35,191 bases of DNA from an uncultured Actinomycetes bacterium (GTDB lineage Bacteria > Actinomycetota > Thermoleophilia > Gaiellales > F1-60-MAGs149): NCBI GenBank assembly GCA_903873565.1, contig CAIQOY010000224.1, forward strand, positions 1 through 35,191, written 5' to 3'. Position numbers and translations under genes: made by a program. Shown here one piece after another: positions 8,445 through 16,612 of the stretch. Positions within the stretch are counted from its first letter, which is position 1; each line of letters starts with the position of its first letter. The notes under the pieces are model-generated. The model did no database searches. It was given only the letters and a program-made list of their open reading frames with translations, and was not told the DNA's origin.

Positions 8445-9531
8445 ACGCGGTCGCCACGGTCTGCGCGAACACCCCGTCGATCAGGGCCGCGGGCTCCGCG
8501 GCAGGGGCGATCCACCCCGCCTCCGCAGCGAGGCCGGCGACCAGGCCGACGACGGCGTCGTGGTACTCCCCGCCGGGGAACAGCTCGACCGCGTTCTGGG
8601 GCACGTCGTAGAGCGACGTCCCCTCCAGCGCGGCGAGGGCGTCCGCGGCGTCGCCGCCCTGGATCGTGCCCACCCGCGCGCCGATCCGCTCGGGGTCGTC
8701 GCGGTCGAGCAGGTACACGTCCTGCCAGGCGCGCACGATGGCCAGCAGCTGGCCCGGGCGCTCCTCGGCCATCTGGTCACGGGCGACCAGGACCCGCGAC
8801 ACGAGGCCCGGGCGCTCGCCCGCGGCGCGCACCAGCGCGAGGTCGGGATCGACCGCCAGCGCGAGGCGCGCCTGCGGGCCCGTGACCACGGCCGCGTCGA
8901 CGTCGCCGCGCACCAGCGGCATGCCCGGGTCGACGCCGTCCACGGGGATCGCCTCGACGTCGTCCATGGTCAGGCCCGCCTCGGCGAGCGCGTCGCGCAG
9001 CACGAGCTCGCCGTCGCCGCCGGGCTGGTAGGCGATCCGGCGCCCCGCGAGGTCGGCGGGCCCCTCGACGCCCTCGGCGGCGAGGATCACGTCCTCGGTC
9101 TTCGAGGCGGTCAGGAGCAGGATGATGCGGATGGGGACGCCGTCCTCGGCCAGGGTCAGCGCCTGCTCCGTGGAGACGATGGCGAGGTCGGCGTCGCCGG
9201 CCGCGAGGGCGGCGGCCACGTCCGCCTCGTCGTCGGCGGGCACGAAGCGCGCGCCGATGCCCTCGCGGGCGAACTGCCCCTCCGCCCCGGCGACGCGCAG
9301 GAGGCCGAGCCCGAGCGACGGCGTGCCGGTGATCCGGAGCAGCCCCGGCTCGGGCGGGGTCCCGGGGTCGATGGGCGACGGTGGGATCGTGACCGTGAGC
9401 GGGTCGAAGGTCGTCGTCCCCGGCGGGGCCGCGGCCTCGCCGAGCCGGCCGCAGCCGGCCGTGAGGAGCGCGACGGCGAGCGCGCAGGCGCCCAGGAGGA
9501 GGGCGCGACGGCGGGGGCGTCCGAACGGCAC
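8440..9531 (-). CDS. lipoprotein, NMT1/SsuA-like ABC-type substrate-binding protein (orphan)
   Basis: Signal peptide with lipobox LLTAGC, followed by a periplasmic-binding-protein-like body. GTG start at 9531. No permease or ATPase gene is adjacent. Confidence 0.6.
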   Translation of the reverse strand: MPFGRPRRRALLLGACALAVALLTAGCGRLGEAAAPPGTTTFDPLTVTIPPSPIDPGTPPEPGLLRITGTPSLGLGLLRVAGAEGQFAREGIGARFVPADDEADVAAALAAGDADLAIVSTEQALTLAEDGVPIRIILLLTASKTEDVILAAEGVEGPADLAGRRIAYQPGGDGELVLRDALAEAGLTMDDVEAIPVDGVDPGMPLVRGDVDAAVVTGPQARLALAVDPDLALVRAAGERPGLVSRVLVARDQMAEERPGQLLAIVRAWQDVYLLDRDDPERIGARVGTIQGGDAADALAALEGTSLYDVPQNAVELFPGGEYHDAVVGLVAGLAAEAGWIAPAAEPAALIDGVFAQTVATAS

Positions 9532-9537
9532 GCCCGA

Positions 9538-9543
9538 ATCATG
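9538..9543 (-). promoter_or_regulatory. -10-like hexamer CATGAT, 6 nt upstream of the lipoprotein GTG
   Basis: Identical hexamer and spacing to the hutH site. Confidence 0.35.
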
Positions 9544-9587
9544 CCGCGCCCCGGCCCGCCGCGCGGATCCGGCACACTACCCGTGCG

Positions 9588-10898
9588 ATGGCCACCCGCC
9601 CGGACTTCTCGCTGACCGCCTCCCCGGGACGCCACCTGCCCGTGGCCGTGCGGGGCGAGGGCTGCCGGATCTGGACCGAGGACGGCGCCGAGTACATCGA
9701 CGCCTGCGGCGGCGCGATGGTGATGAGCCTCGGCCACGGCCACCCGCGCCTCGTCGAGGCGCTCAAGCGCCAGGCGGACCGGCTCACCTTCACGTACCGC
9801 TTCTCCTTCTCGAACGAGCCGATGCTCGAGCTGGCCGAGCTCCTGCGCGAGGTCTCGCCCATGCCGCGCTCGTGGGCCTTCTTCAACTCGTCCGGGTCGG
9901 AGTCCGTCGAGTCCGCGATGCACCTCGCCCTGATGCACTGGCAGGCGCTCGGCCAGCCGCAGCGGACCCGCTTCGTCTCGCGCTGGCCGTCGTACCACGG
10001 CAGCACCGTCGGCGCGCTCGGCCTGTCCGGCACGGCGCGGCGCGCGCCCTTCGAGGCGCTGCTCGACGAGGACGCCGTGGCGCACGCCCCGATGAGCGAC
10101 ATCCGCTCCGGCCTGAGCCCCGCCGAGGAGACCGCCCGCGGGCTCGCCGAGCTCGAGGCGGCGATCCTCGAGCGCGGGCCCGAGACCGTCGCGGGCGTCT
10201 TCCTCGAGCCCATCACCGGCGCGAGCGCGGCCGCCGTCGTGCCCCCCGACGGCTACCTGCAGGGCGTGCGCGAGCTCTGCGACCGCCACGGCGTCCTGAT
10301 GATCTGCGACGAGACGATCACCGGCTTCGGGCGCACGGGCACCTGGTTCGCGGTCGAGCAGTGGGACGTCGCCCCCGACGTGATCACCTTCGCCAAGGGC
10401 GTCACCAGCGGCGTCGTGCCCTTCTCCGGGATGCTCGTCACCGGCGACGTGGCCGACGTGCTGATGGCGAGCCCCGACGGCTTCCCCGTCGGCCACACCT
10501 TCTCCGGCTACCCGCTCGGCTGCGCCGTCGGCGCGGAGATGGTGCGCGTGATCCGCGACGAGGGCATCCTCGACAACGCGCGCCTGATGGGCGAGCGGCT
10601 GCGCGCGGGGCTCGACCGGATCGCCGCGGGCTCGCCCCGCGTCGGCCAGGTCCGCGGGCTCGGGCTCCTGCAGGGGATCGAGCTGGTCGAGGATCGGGAC
10701 CGGCTCGAGCCGCGCCCCGGCGCGGCCCTGCGCGTGGCCGAGGCGGCCCGCGAGCGGGGCCTGATGATCTACTGCTGCCCCACCGCGCTCGCGGGTCGCG
10801 TGATCCAATGCGTCATGCTTGCCCCACCGCTGAACATCTCGGCGGATGATGTGGATGAGATCCTCGACCGCCTCGAACCCGCGATAGGAGCAGCATGA
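9588..10898 (+). CDS. class-III (omega/BioA-like) PLP-dependent aminotransferase
   Basis: CDETITGFGRTGTWFA and the PLP-lysine context TFAKGVTSG. 436 aa. Confidence 0.85.
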   Translation: MATRPDFSLTASPGRHLPVAVRGEGCRIWTEDGAEYIDACGGAMVMSLGHGHPRLVEALKRQADRLTFTYRFSFSNEPMLELAELLREVSPMPRSWAFFNSSGSESVESAMHLALMHWQALGQPQRTRFVSRWPSYHGSTVGALGLSGTARRAPFEALLDEDAVAHAPMSDIRSGLSPAEETARGLAELEAAILERGPETVAGVFLEPITGASAAAVVPPDGYLQGVRELCDRHGVLMICDETITGFGRTGTWFAVEQWDVAPDVITFAKGVTSGVVPFSGMLVTGDVADVLMASPDGFPVGHTFSGYPLGCAVGAEMVRVIRDEGILDNARLMGERLRAGLDRIAAGSPRVGQVRGLGLLQGIELVEDRDRLEPRPGAALRVAEAARERGLMIYCCPTALAGRVIQCVMLAPPLNISADDVDEILDRLEPAIGAA

Positions 10899-11191
10899 CC
10901 GAGCCCGACGACCCCGCAGCCATGTACCGCGCCGCCGTGGACGTCGCGCTGACGGGCGACGTCGGCATGGCGCCCGACTTCGACCGCCACCTCCAGGAGG
11001 AGGTCTGGCGGCTGCTCTGCTCGGATCGCGACCGCCTGCTCACGTTCTGCCAGCGGATGGGCCTCGTCGTGGGCAAGCTGACCACGCGCCAGACCCTCAA
11101 GAGCGACAAGCCGATCTTCGAGCTGATCGTCCACGGCGACGACGCCGACACCGTCCGGCAGCTCGCCGGGCGGGACCGCCCGCTGCGCTGA
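10895..11191 (+). CDS. hypothetical 98-aa protein
   Basis: GC3 is almost 100% in this frame. ATGA overlap with the aminotransferase stop. AGGAG lies 6 nt upstream of the ATG. I recognise no family. Confidence 0.55.
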   Translation: MTEPDDPAAMYRAAVDVALTGDVGMAPDFDRHLQEEVWRLLCSDRDRLLTFCQRMGLVVGKLTTRQTLKSDKPIFELIVHGDDADTVRQLAGRDRPLR

Positions 11192-11209
11192 CCGAGCAGG
11201 CGGGCCGCG

Positions 11210-11215
11210 TACCAT
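11210..11215 (+). promoter_or_regulatory. -10-like hexamer TACCAT, 6 nt upstream of the proB GTG
   Basis: Matches TANNNT in a 30-nt gap, with no SD. Confidence 0.4.
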
Positions 11216-11221
11216 CCGCGT

Positions 11222-12292
11222 GTGCCCCGCCGCCCCGTCGTCATCAAGCTCGGCAGCTCCACGCTCGTCGACGCGCGCGGCCGCCTGCGCCGCAGCCGCC
11301 TCGACCGCATCGCCGGCGAGATCGGCGAGCTCGCGGCCGAGACGCCGATCTGCATCGTCTCGTCGGGCGCGATCGCGCTGGGCCTCGGGCGCCTCGGCCG
11401 GGGCGACCGCCCGACCGCCGTCGCCGACCTGCAGGCGGCCGCCGCCGTCGGCCAGGCCGTGCTCCAGCAGTCGTGGCAGCGGGCGCTCGGCCGGGCCGGC
11501 CGCACGACCGCGCAGGTGCTGCTGGCGGCGGGCGATTTCGAGCGCCGCGAGTCGTACCTGAACGCCCGCACCACGCTCGAGACGCTGCTCGGCTGGGGCG
11601 TCACCCCGATCGTCAACGAGAACGACTCGACCGCCACGCAGGAGATCACCTTCGGCGACAACGACGCGCTCGCCGCGCAGGTCGCCGTGCTGCTCGGCGC
11701 GCGCCTGCTGGTGCTCCTGACCGACCAGGAGGGGCTGTACACCCGCGACCCGCGCCACCCCGACGCCGCGCTCGTGCGCGAGGTGCCGGACCGGTCCGCC
11801 CTCGACGGCGTCGACACGGGCGCCTCGGGCTCGCCCTGGGGCTCAGGCGGGATGCGCTCGAAAGTCGTCGCCGCCGAGATGGCCCGCGCCGGTGGTGCGG
11901 GCTGCGTGATCGCCAACGGCGGTCGCTCGGGCGCGATCCGCGCGGCGGTCGCCGGCGAGTCGGTGGGCACGCGCTTCCCGGCCAAGGACCGCGCGGCGTC
12001 CTCCTACAAGCTGTGGCTGCGCTACGGCCTGCAGACCCCCGGTCGGATCGAGGTCGACGCGGGTGCACGCCGCGCACTCGCGCAGGACGGAGCGTCGCTC
12101 CTGCCCGTCGGCATCCGCGCCGTCCACGGCCGCTTCGCCGCCGGCGACGGCGTCGAGATCGTCGACCCCACGGGCGCGACGGTGGCCCGCGGCATCGCGG
12201 AGATCGGGCACGCCGAGCTGCGCCGCCTCGCCGGAAGCCGCGGGGCCGAGGTCGCGGTGCACCGCGACCGGCTCGTCCTCGTCGACGACTGA
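11222..12292 (+). CDS. proB: glutamate 5-kinase (with C-terminal PUA domain)
   Basis: VVIKLGSSTL...IVSSGA...ENDSTATQEITFGDND plus a PUA-like C-terminus. GTG start. Confidence 0.9.
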   Translation: MPRRPVVIKLGSSTLVDARGRLRRSRLDRIAGEIGELAAETPICIVSSGAIALGLGRLGRGDRPTAVADLQAAAAVGQAVLQQSWQRALGRAGRTTAQVLLAAGDFERRESYLNARTTLETLLGWGVTPIVNENDSTATQEITFGDNDALAAQVAVLLGARLLVLLTDQEGLYTRDPRHPDAALVREVPDRSALDGVDTGASGSPWGSGGMRSKVVAAEMARAGGAGCVIANGGRSGAIRAAVAGESVGTRFPAKDRAASSYKLWLRYGLQTPGRIEVDAGARRALAQDGASLLPVGIRAVHGRFAAGDGVEIVDPTGATVARGIAEIGHAELRRLAGSRGAEVAVHRDRLVLVDD

Positions 12293-12315
12293 GCGGCCCG
12301 GCTCCGGCCAGCCGA

Positions 12316-12321
12316 TATCCT
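12316..12321 (+). promoter_or_regulatory. -10-like hexamer TATCCT, 7 nt upstream of the proA ATG
   Basis: Matches TANNNT in the 36-nt proB-proA gap, with no SD. Confidence 0.4.
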
Positions 12322-12328
12322 GCGGTCG

Positions 12329-13579
12329 ATGGCCACGGCCTCCCACTCCGAGATCGGCCTGCGCGGCCGCGCCGCCGCGCGCGTCCTGCGCGCCGCGCCC
12401 ACCGCGGACCGCGACGCCGCGCTCGAGGCGATCGCCCGCCGGCTCGAGGCCGACGCGGACGCGATCCTCGCCGCCAACGCCGAGGACGTCGCCGAGGCCG
12501 TCGCCGCGGGCACCTCCGCGGCGCTCGTCGACCGCCTCACGCTCGACGCGGACCGCCTCGCGGCGCTCGCCGCCGCGGTGCGCGACGTCGCCCGCCTCGA
12601 CGACCCGGTCGGGCGCACCGTCGAGGACCGCGTCCTGCACAACGGCCTCGAGCTGACCAAGGTGCGCGTCCCGATCGGCCGCGTCCTGGTCGTCTACGAG
12701 GCGCGGCCCAACGTCACCGTCGACGTCGCAGCCCTCTGCATCAAGTCCGGCAACGTCGCGCTCCTGCGCGGCTCGGCCTCCGCCCGGCGCACGAACGCCG
12801 CCCTCGCCGCGGCGGTGCGCGGCGGCCTCGCCGACGCGGGCCTGCCCGAGGACGCCGTGATCCCCGTCGAGGGGTCGCGCGAGGACCTCGGCGAGCTCGT
12901 CGCGGACGCGGGCGCCGCCGACATCGTCGTGCCGCGCGGCGGCGAGGCGCTCAAGGACTTCCTGCTCGAGCGCAGCCGCATCCCGGTGCTGGCGGCCGCG
13001 GGCGGTAACTGCCACGTCTACCTCGACGCCGACGCGGACGCCGACATGGCCGTCGCGATCGCGGTCAACGCCAAGGCCCAGCGGCCCGGCGTCTGCAACG
13101 CCGCCGAGACCCTGCTCGTGCACGAGGATCGCCTCGACCTCCTCCCCGCCGTCCTCGGCGCGCTCCGCGACGCCGGGGTCGAGCTGCGCGGCGACGAGCG
13201 CGCCCGCGCGGCCGCCGGCTTCGAGATCGCCGCCGCCACGGAGGACGACTGGGGCACCGAGTACCTCGATCTGATCATGGCCGTGCGCGTGGTCGACGAC
13301 CTCGACGCGGCCCTCGACCACATCGACCGCTACTCGACGGGGCACTCCGAGGCGATCGTCACCGACTCGATCGAGGCGTCCCGTCGCTTCGTGGACGGGG
13401 TCGACTCCGCCTGCGTGTACGTGAACGCCTCGACCCGCTTCACCGACGGCGGCGAGTACGGCATGGGCGCGGAGGTCGGCAACTCGACCGCCCGCCTGCA
13501 CGTGCGCGGCCCGATCGGCCTCGAGGACCTGACCACGACGAAGTACGTCGTGATCGGCTCGGGGCAGACGCGCGGATGA
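12329..13579 (+). CDS. proA: glutamate-5-semialdehyde dehydrogenase
   Basis: VYEARPNVTVD...LRGS...CNAAETLLVH...HSEAIVT...NASTRFTDGGE are the ProA signatures. Confidence 0.9.
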   Translation: MATASHSEIGLRGRAAARVLRAAPTADRDAALEAIARRLEADADAILAANAEDVAEAVAAGTSAALVDRLTLDADRLAALAAAVRDVARLDDPVGRTVEDRVLHNGLELTKVRVPIGRVLVVYEARPNVTVDVAALCIKSGNVALLRGSASARRTNAALAAAVRGGLADAGLPEDAVIPVEGSREDLGELVADAGAADIVVPRGGEALKDFLLERSRIPVLAAAGGNCHVYLDADADADMAVAIAVNAKAQRPGVCNAAETLLVHEDRLDLLPAVLGALRDAGVELRGDERARAAAGFEIAAATEDDWGTEYLDLIMAVRVVDDLDAALDHIDRYSTGHSEAIVTDSIEASRRFVDGVDSACVYVNASTRFTDGGEYGMGAEVGNSTARLHVRGPIGLEDLTTTKYVVIGSGQTRG

Positions 13580-14634
13580 GCGCGGGCGAGCGCCCCCTCC
13601 GGGTCGCGCTCGACCTCTCGGCGACGCGCCTCGGCCGGGCCGGCGTGGCCCGCACCGCCCTCGCCCTCGCCGACGCCCTCGACGCGCAGCCGGGCGTCGA
13701 GGTGCTGCGCCTCGGCACCGGCCCGGCGCCCGCCCCCGGCTCGACCGCGCGGCGCACCCTCGCCCTGCGCCAGGACCTGCTCTGGCACCCGCGCGGCGCC
13801 CGCCGCGAGGCCCGCGCCCGCGGCGCCGACGTCCTGCACGCGCCCCTCCCCCGCGGCCCGCTCGGCGCCGGCTCCCCCCCGACGGTGATCACCGTCCACG
13901 ACCTGGCCGTGATCCGCCATCCGGAGACCCTGTCGAGCTGGAACCGCGCCTACACGCGGCGCACGCTCGGCCGCATCGCCGCGGCCGCCGACGCGGTGGT
14001 GGCGGTCTCGGAGGACACCGCCGCGGACCTCGCCGCGTTCGCCCCGTCCGTGCAGGACCGCATCCACGTGATCGGCAACGGCGTCGCCGCCTTCTGGGCG
14101 GCGGACGACGACCTGCCGTCGCCGGTCGAGGGGCCGTACGTGCTCGCCGTGGGCACGCCGGAGCCCCGCAAGAACCTCGCGCGTCTTGCGGAGGCGATGC
14201 GCCGCCGGCGCGCCGCCGGCGCCCCCGAGCGCCTCGTCCTCGCCGGCGCCGACGGCTGGGGCGCGGACGACGTGCCCGCCGAGGACTGGATCGTCCGCCT
14301 CGGCCGGGTCGACGACCGCACCCTGCGCGCCCTCTACCGCGGCGCGGCCTGCGTGGCGGTGCCCTCGCTGCACGAGGGGTCGGGCCTGCCGGTGCTCGAG
14401 GCCTTCGCGGCGGGCGCGCCCGTCGCCTGCGCCCGCACGGGCGCCCTGCCGGAGACGGCGGGCGACGCCGCGGCCCTGGTCGAGCCGCTCGATCCCCGCT
14501 CGATCGCGGCCGGCATCGACGAGGCGATCGCCCGCGCCGACGAGCTCGTCGCCCGGGGCCGCACGCGCGCCGCGGCCGCCGGCTGGGAGCGCGCCGCCGC
14601 GCGCCACGTCGAGCTCTACCGCTCGCTCGCCTGA
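13576..14634 (+). CDS. GT4-family (GT-B) glycosyltransferase
   Basis: EPRKNL...SLHEGSGLPVLEAFAAGAPV (an EX7E-type motif). The ATG overlaps the proA stop (ATGA). Confidence 0.8.
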   Translation: MSAGERPLRVALDLSATRLGRAGVARTALALADALDAQPGVEVLRLGTGPAPAPGSTARRTLALRQDLLWHPRGARREARARGADVLHAPLPRGPLGAGSPPTVITVHDLAVIRHPETLSSWNRAYTRRTLGRIAAAADAVVAVSEDTAADLAAFAPSVQDRIHVIGNGVAAFWAADDDLPSPVEGPYVLAVGTPEPRKNLARLAEAMRRRRAAGAPERLVLAGADGWGADDVPAEDWIVRLGRVDDRTLRALYRGAACVAVPSLHEGSGLPVLEAFAAGAPVACARTGALPETAGDAAALVEPLDPRSIAAGIDEAIARADELVARGRTRAAAAGWERAAARHVELYRSLA

Positions 14635-16610
14635 CGCCGCTGCGAGGGCGCGAGGGCCGGCGCCTGGCCGGCGAGGACCGTGGGGTGCCGGCGGATGAAG
14701 CGGCCGACGTTGCGCAGGTGCCAGACCGTGCGATGATCGAGGAACGGCCCGTCCGAGGCGGCCTGATGGGCGTGCACGACCTCGGCGGCCGGCTCCTGCC
14801 AGACCTCCCAGCCGCGCTGCCACAGCCGCCACTGCAGCTCGATCTCCTCGACGTAGAGGGGCGCGAAGGCCTCGTCGAAGCCGCCGACGTCGTCCCAGGC
14901 CTCGCGGCGGATCATCAGGAACGCCCCGAGCGACCAGTCGACGGGCCGGGCGGCCTCCGGCTCGCCGAGGTAGTGGTCGGCGGCGTGGCGCTCCGGCGGC
15001 AGGACCCGCCGGAGCGGCGTGCGGCGGATGGCGGAGCCGACCGGCTCGGGGAAGCGGCGCGCGGCCTCCTGGTAGGAGCCGTCGAGGTTGCGCAGGACGG
15101 GCGCGACCACGCCGCAGGCGGGATGCGCATCCATGAAGGCGAGCAGCGCCGCCAGGCAGCCGGGCTGCGCCACGGCGTCGGGGTTGACGATCACGAGGTG
15201 GTCGCCCGGGGCGGCCGCGAAGGCGACGGCCTGGTTCTCGGCGTAGGAGCGGGTCTCGGGCTGCTCCACCAGCACGCAGTCGGGGTGCTGGTCGCGGACG
15301 AGCTCCGCGGTGCCGTCGCCGGGGCGGTTCGCGACCACGACGATCGTGAGGTCATCACCGAGGCCCTGCTGGCGCAGGCCCTCGATCGCGGCCGGCACGT
15401 CGTCGGCCTGGCCGGTCGACGTGATCGCGGCCACGACGCGCGCGGGCCGACCGGGGGCCACGGGTCGCACCGACCGCGGCGCTGGCGCCAGATCGGCGAC
15501 CTCCCGCCAGACGGCGAGGTAGCGCTCCGCGGCCGCATCCCAGGAGAGCTCGCGCGCCCGCTCGAGGCCGGCCGCGCGGCACGCCGCCCGCAGCTCGGCA
15601 TCGCCGATCAGCCGCTCGAGGCCCTCGGCGATCGCCGACGTCGACCGCGGGTCGACGAGCAGGGCGGCGTCGCCCGTCGTCTCCGGCAGGGCGGTGACGT
15701 CGGACGCGAGCACCGGCGTGCCACAGGCCATCGCCTCGGCGACGGGCAGCCCGAAGCCCTCGTACAGGGACGGGAACGCGAACACGCCCGCGGCGACGTA
15801 GAGGTCGCGCAGGCTGTCCGGATCGTCGACGTAGCCGATCCGCCGCACGTGGCCCGCGAGCCCGAGCGCCCGCACGCGGTCGTCGACCTCGTCGCCCCCG
15901 CGCTTGGCGTCGCCCACGAGGACGAGCGGCGGGAGGTCGCCCCGGGAGGCGCGCACGGCGGCGTAGGCCTCGAGCAGGCGGCCGAGGTTCTTGCGGGGCT
16001 GGAGCGCCCCGATGAAGAGGACGTACCCCGGCTCGAGCCCGTGCCGGGCCCGCACCCGCTCGGACGCGGCGTCGTCGGGGTGGAAGGCCGTGCCGATCCC
16101 GTTGGGGATCGCGACCACGCGGTCCGGGTCGAGGCCCCCCACGGCGTGCAGCAGGTCCTCGCGGGCGTGCTCGGACACGGTCACGACGCGCGCCGCGCGG
16201 CGCACCGACCACGGCACGAAGCGCTGGAAGGCCAGCCGGTCGGCGGTGGGCATCAGCTCGGGCGCGTAGTGGTACGAGCAGTCGTGGACGGTGACGACGC
16301 CGGGGCAGCCCAGCCCCGGCGGCAGCACGTAGTTGCCGTGGTAGAGGAGCGGGCGGTCGGCGCGCAGGCGGGCCGGGAGGCTGACCGCGACCCGCCGGTA
16401 GTTGGACCCGACCGCGACCGGCACGGGGCGCACGACGCCGGAGCCCGTGATCGCCGCCGGGACGCGTTCGGGGTCGCGCACGTACGCCAGCACCGTGAAC
16501 GGCACGTCGTCGCGGCGCGCGATCGCCTCGAGCAGCCCCGTCGCGACGGACTCGTCGCCCGTGCGGCGGCGGCCGATCACGTCGGCGTCGAACGCGATGC
16601 AGCCGGGCAT
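14616..16610 (-). CDS. bifunctional glycosyltransferase, N-terminal GT4 fused to C-terminal GT2 domain
   Basis: The N-terminal half has QPRKNL...SLYEGFGLPVAEAMACGTPV. The C-terminal half has a GT2-A pattern (IVVVANRPGDGT...NPD...FLMIRREAWDDVGGFDE). ATG 16610 lies 2 nt after the LysR stop. The remainder of the 1578-aa track ORF is out-of-frame read-through. Confidence 0.75.
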   Translation of the reverse strand: MPGCIAFDADVIGRRRTGDESVATGLLEAIARRDDVPFTVLAYVRDPERVPAAITGSGVVRPVPVAVGSNYRRVAVSLPARLRADRPLLYHGNYVLPPGLGCPGVVTVHDCSYHYAPELMPTADRLAFQRFVPWSVRRAARVVTVSEHAREDLLHAVGGLDPDRVVAIPNGIGTAFHPDDAASERVRARHGLEPGYVLFIGALQPRKNLGRLLEAYAAVRASRGDLPPLVLVGDAKRGGDEVDDRVRALGLAGHVRRIGYVDDPDSLRDLYVAAGVFAFPSLYEGFGLPVAEAMACGTPVLASDVTALPETTGDAALLVDPRSTSAIAEGLERLIGDAELRAACRAAGLERARELSWDAAAERYLAVWREVADLAPAPRSVRPVAPGRPARVVAAITSTGQADDVPAAIEGLRQQGLGDDLTIVVVANRPGDGTAELVRDQHPDCVLVEQPETRSYAENQAVAFAAAPGDHLVIVNPDAVAQPGCLAALLAFMDAHPACGVVAPVLRNLDGSYQEAARRFPEPVGSAIRRTPLRRVLPPERHAADHYLGEPEAARPVDWSLGAFLMIRREAWDDVGGFDEAFAPLYVEEIELQWRLWQRGWEVWQEPAAEVVHAHQAASDGPFLDHRTVWHLRNVGRFIRRHPTVLAGQAPALAPSQRRQASER

Positions 16611-16612
16611 GC

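Noticed and set aside
6219-8885. 888-aa plus-strand ORF spanning hutD, hutH and the lipoprotein gene
   Set aside because: The translation is Arg/Pro/Gly/Ala low-complexity. It is antisense to hutH, which has unambiguous catalytic motifs. Long stop-free frames are expected at this GC content.
9541-9575. GC-rich inverted repeat (CCGCGC...GCGCGG) in the lipoprotein/aminotransferase divergent region
   Set aside because: A 6-bp GC stem is expected by chance at this composition, and no supporting features were found.
13874-13880. C7 homopolymer inside the GT4 gene as a possible phase-variation tract
   Set aside because: It is too short for efficient slipped-strand switching and is simply tcc-ccc-ccg (Ser-Pro-Pro) in a GC-rich genome. 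G6 runs elsewhere (28595, 30312) are equally unremarkable.
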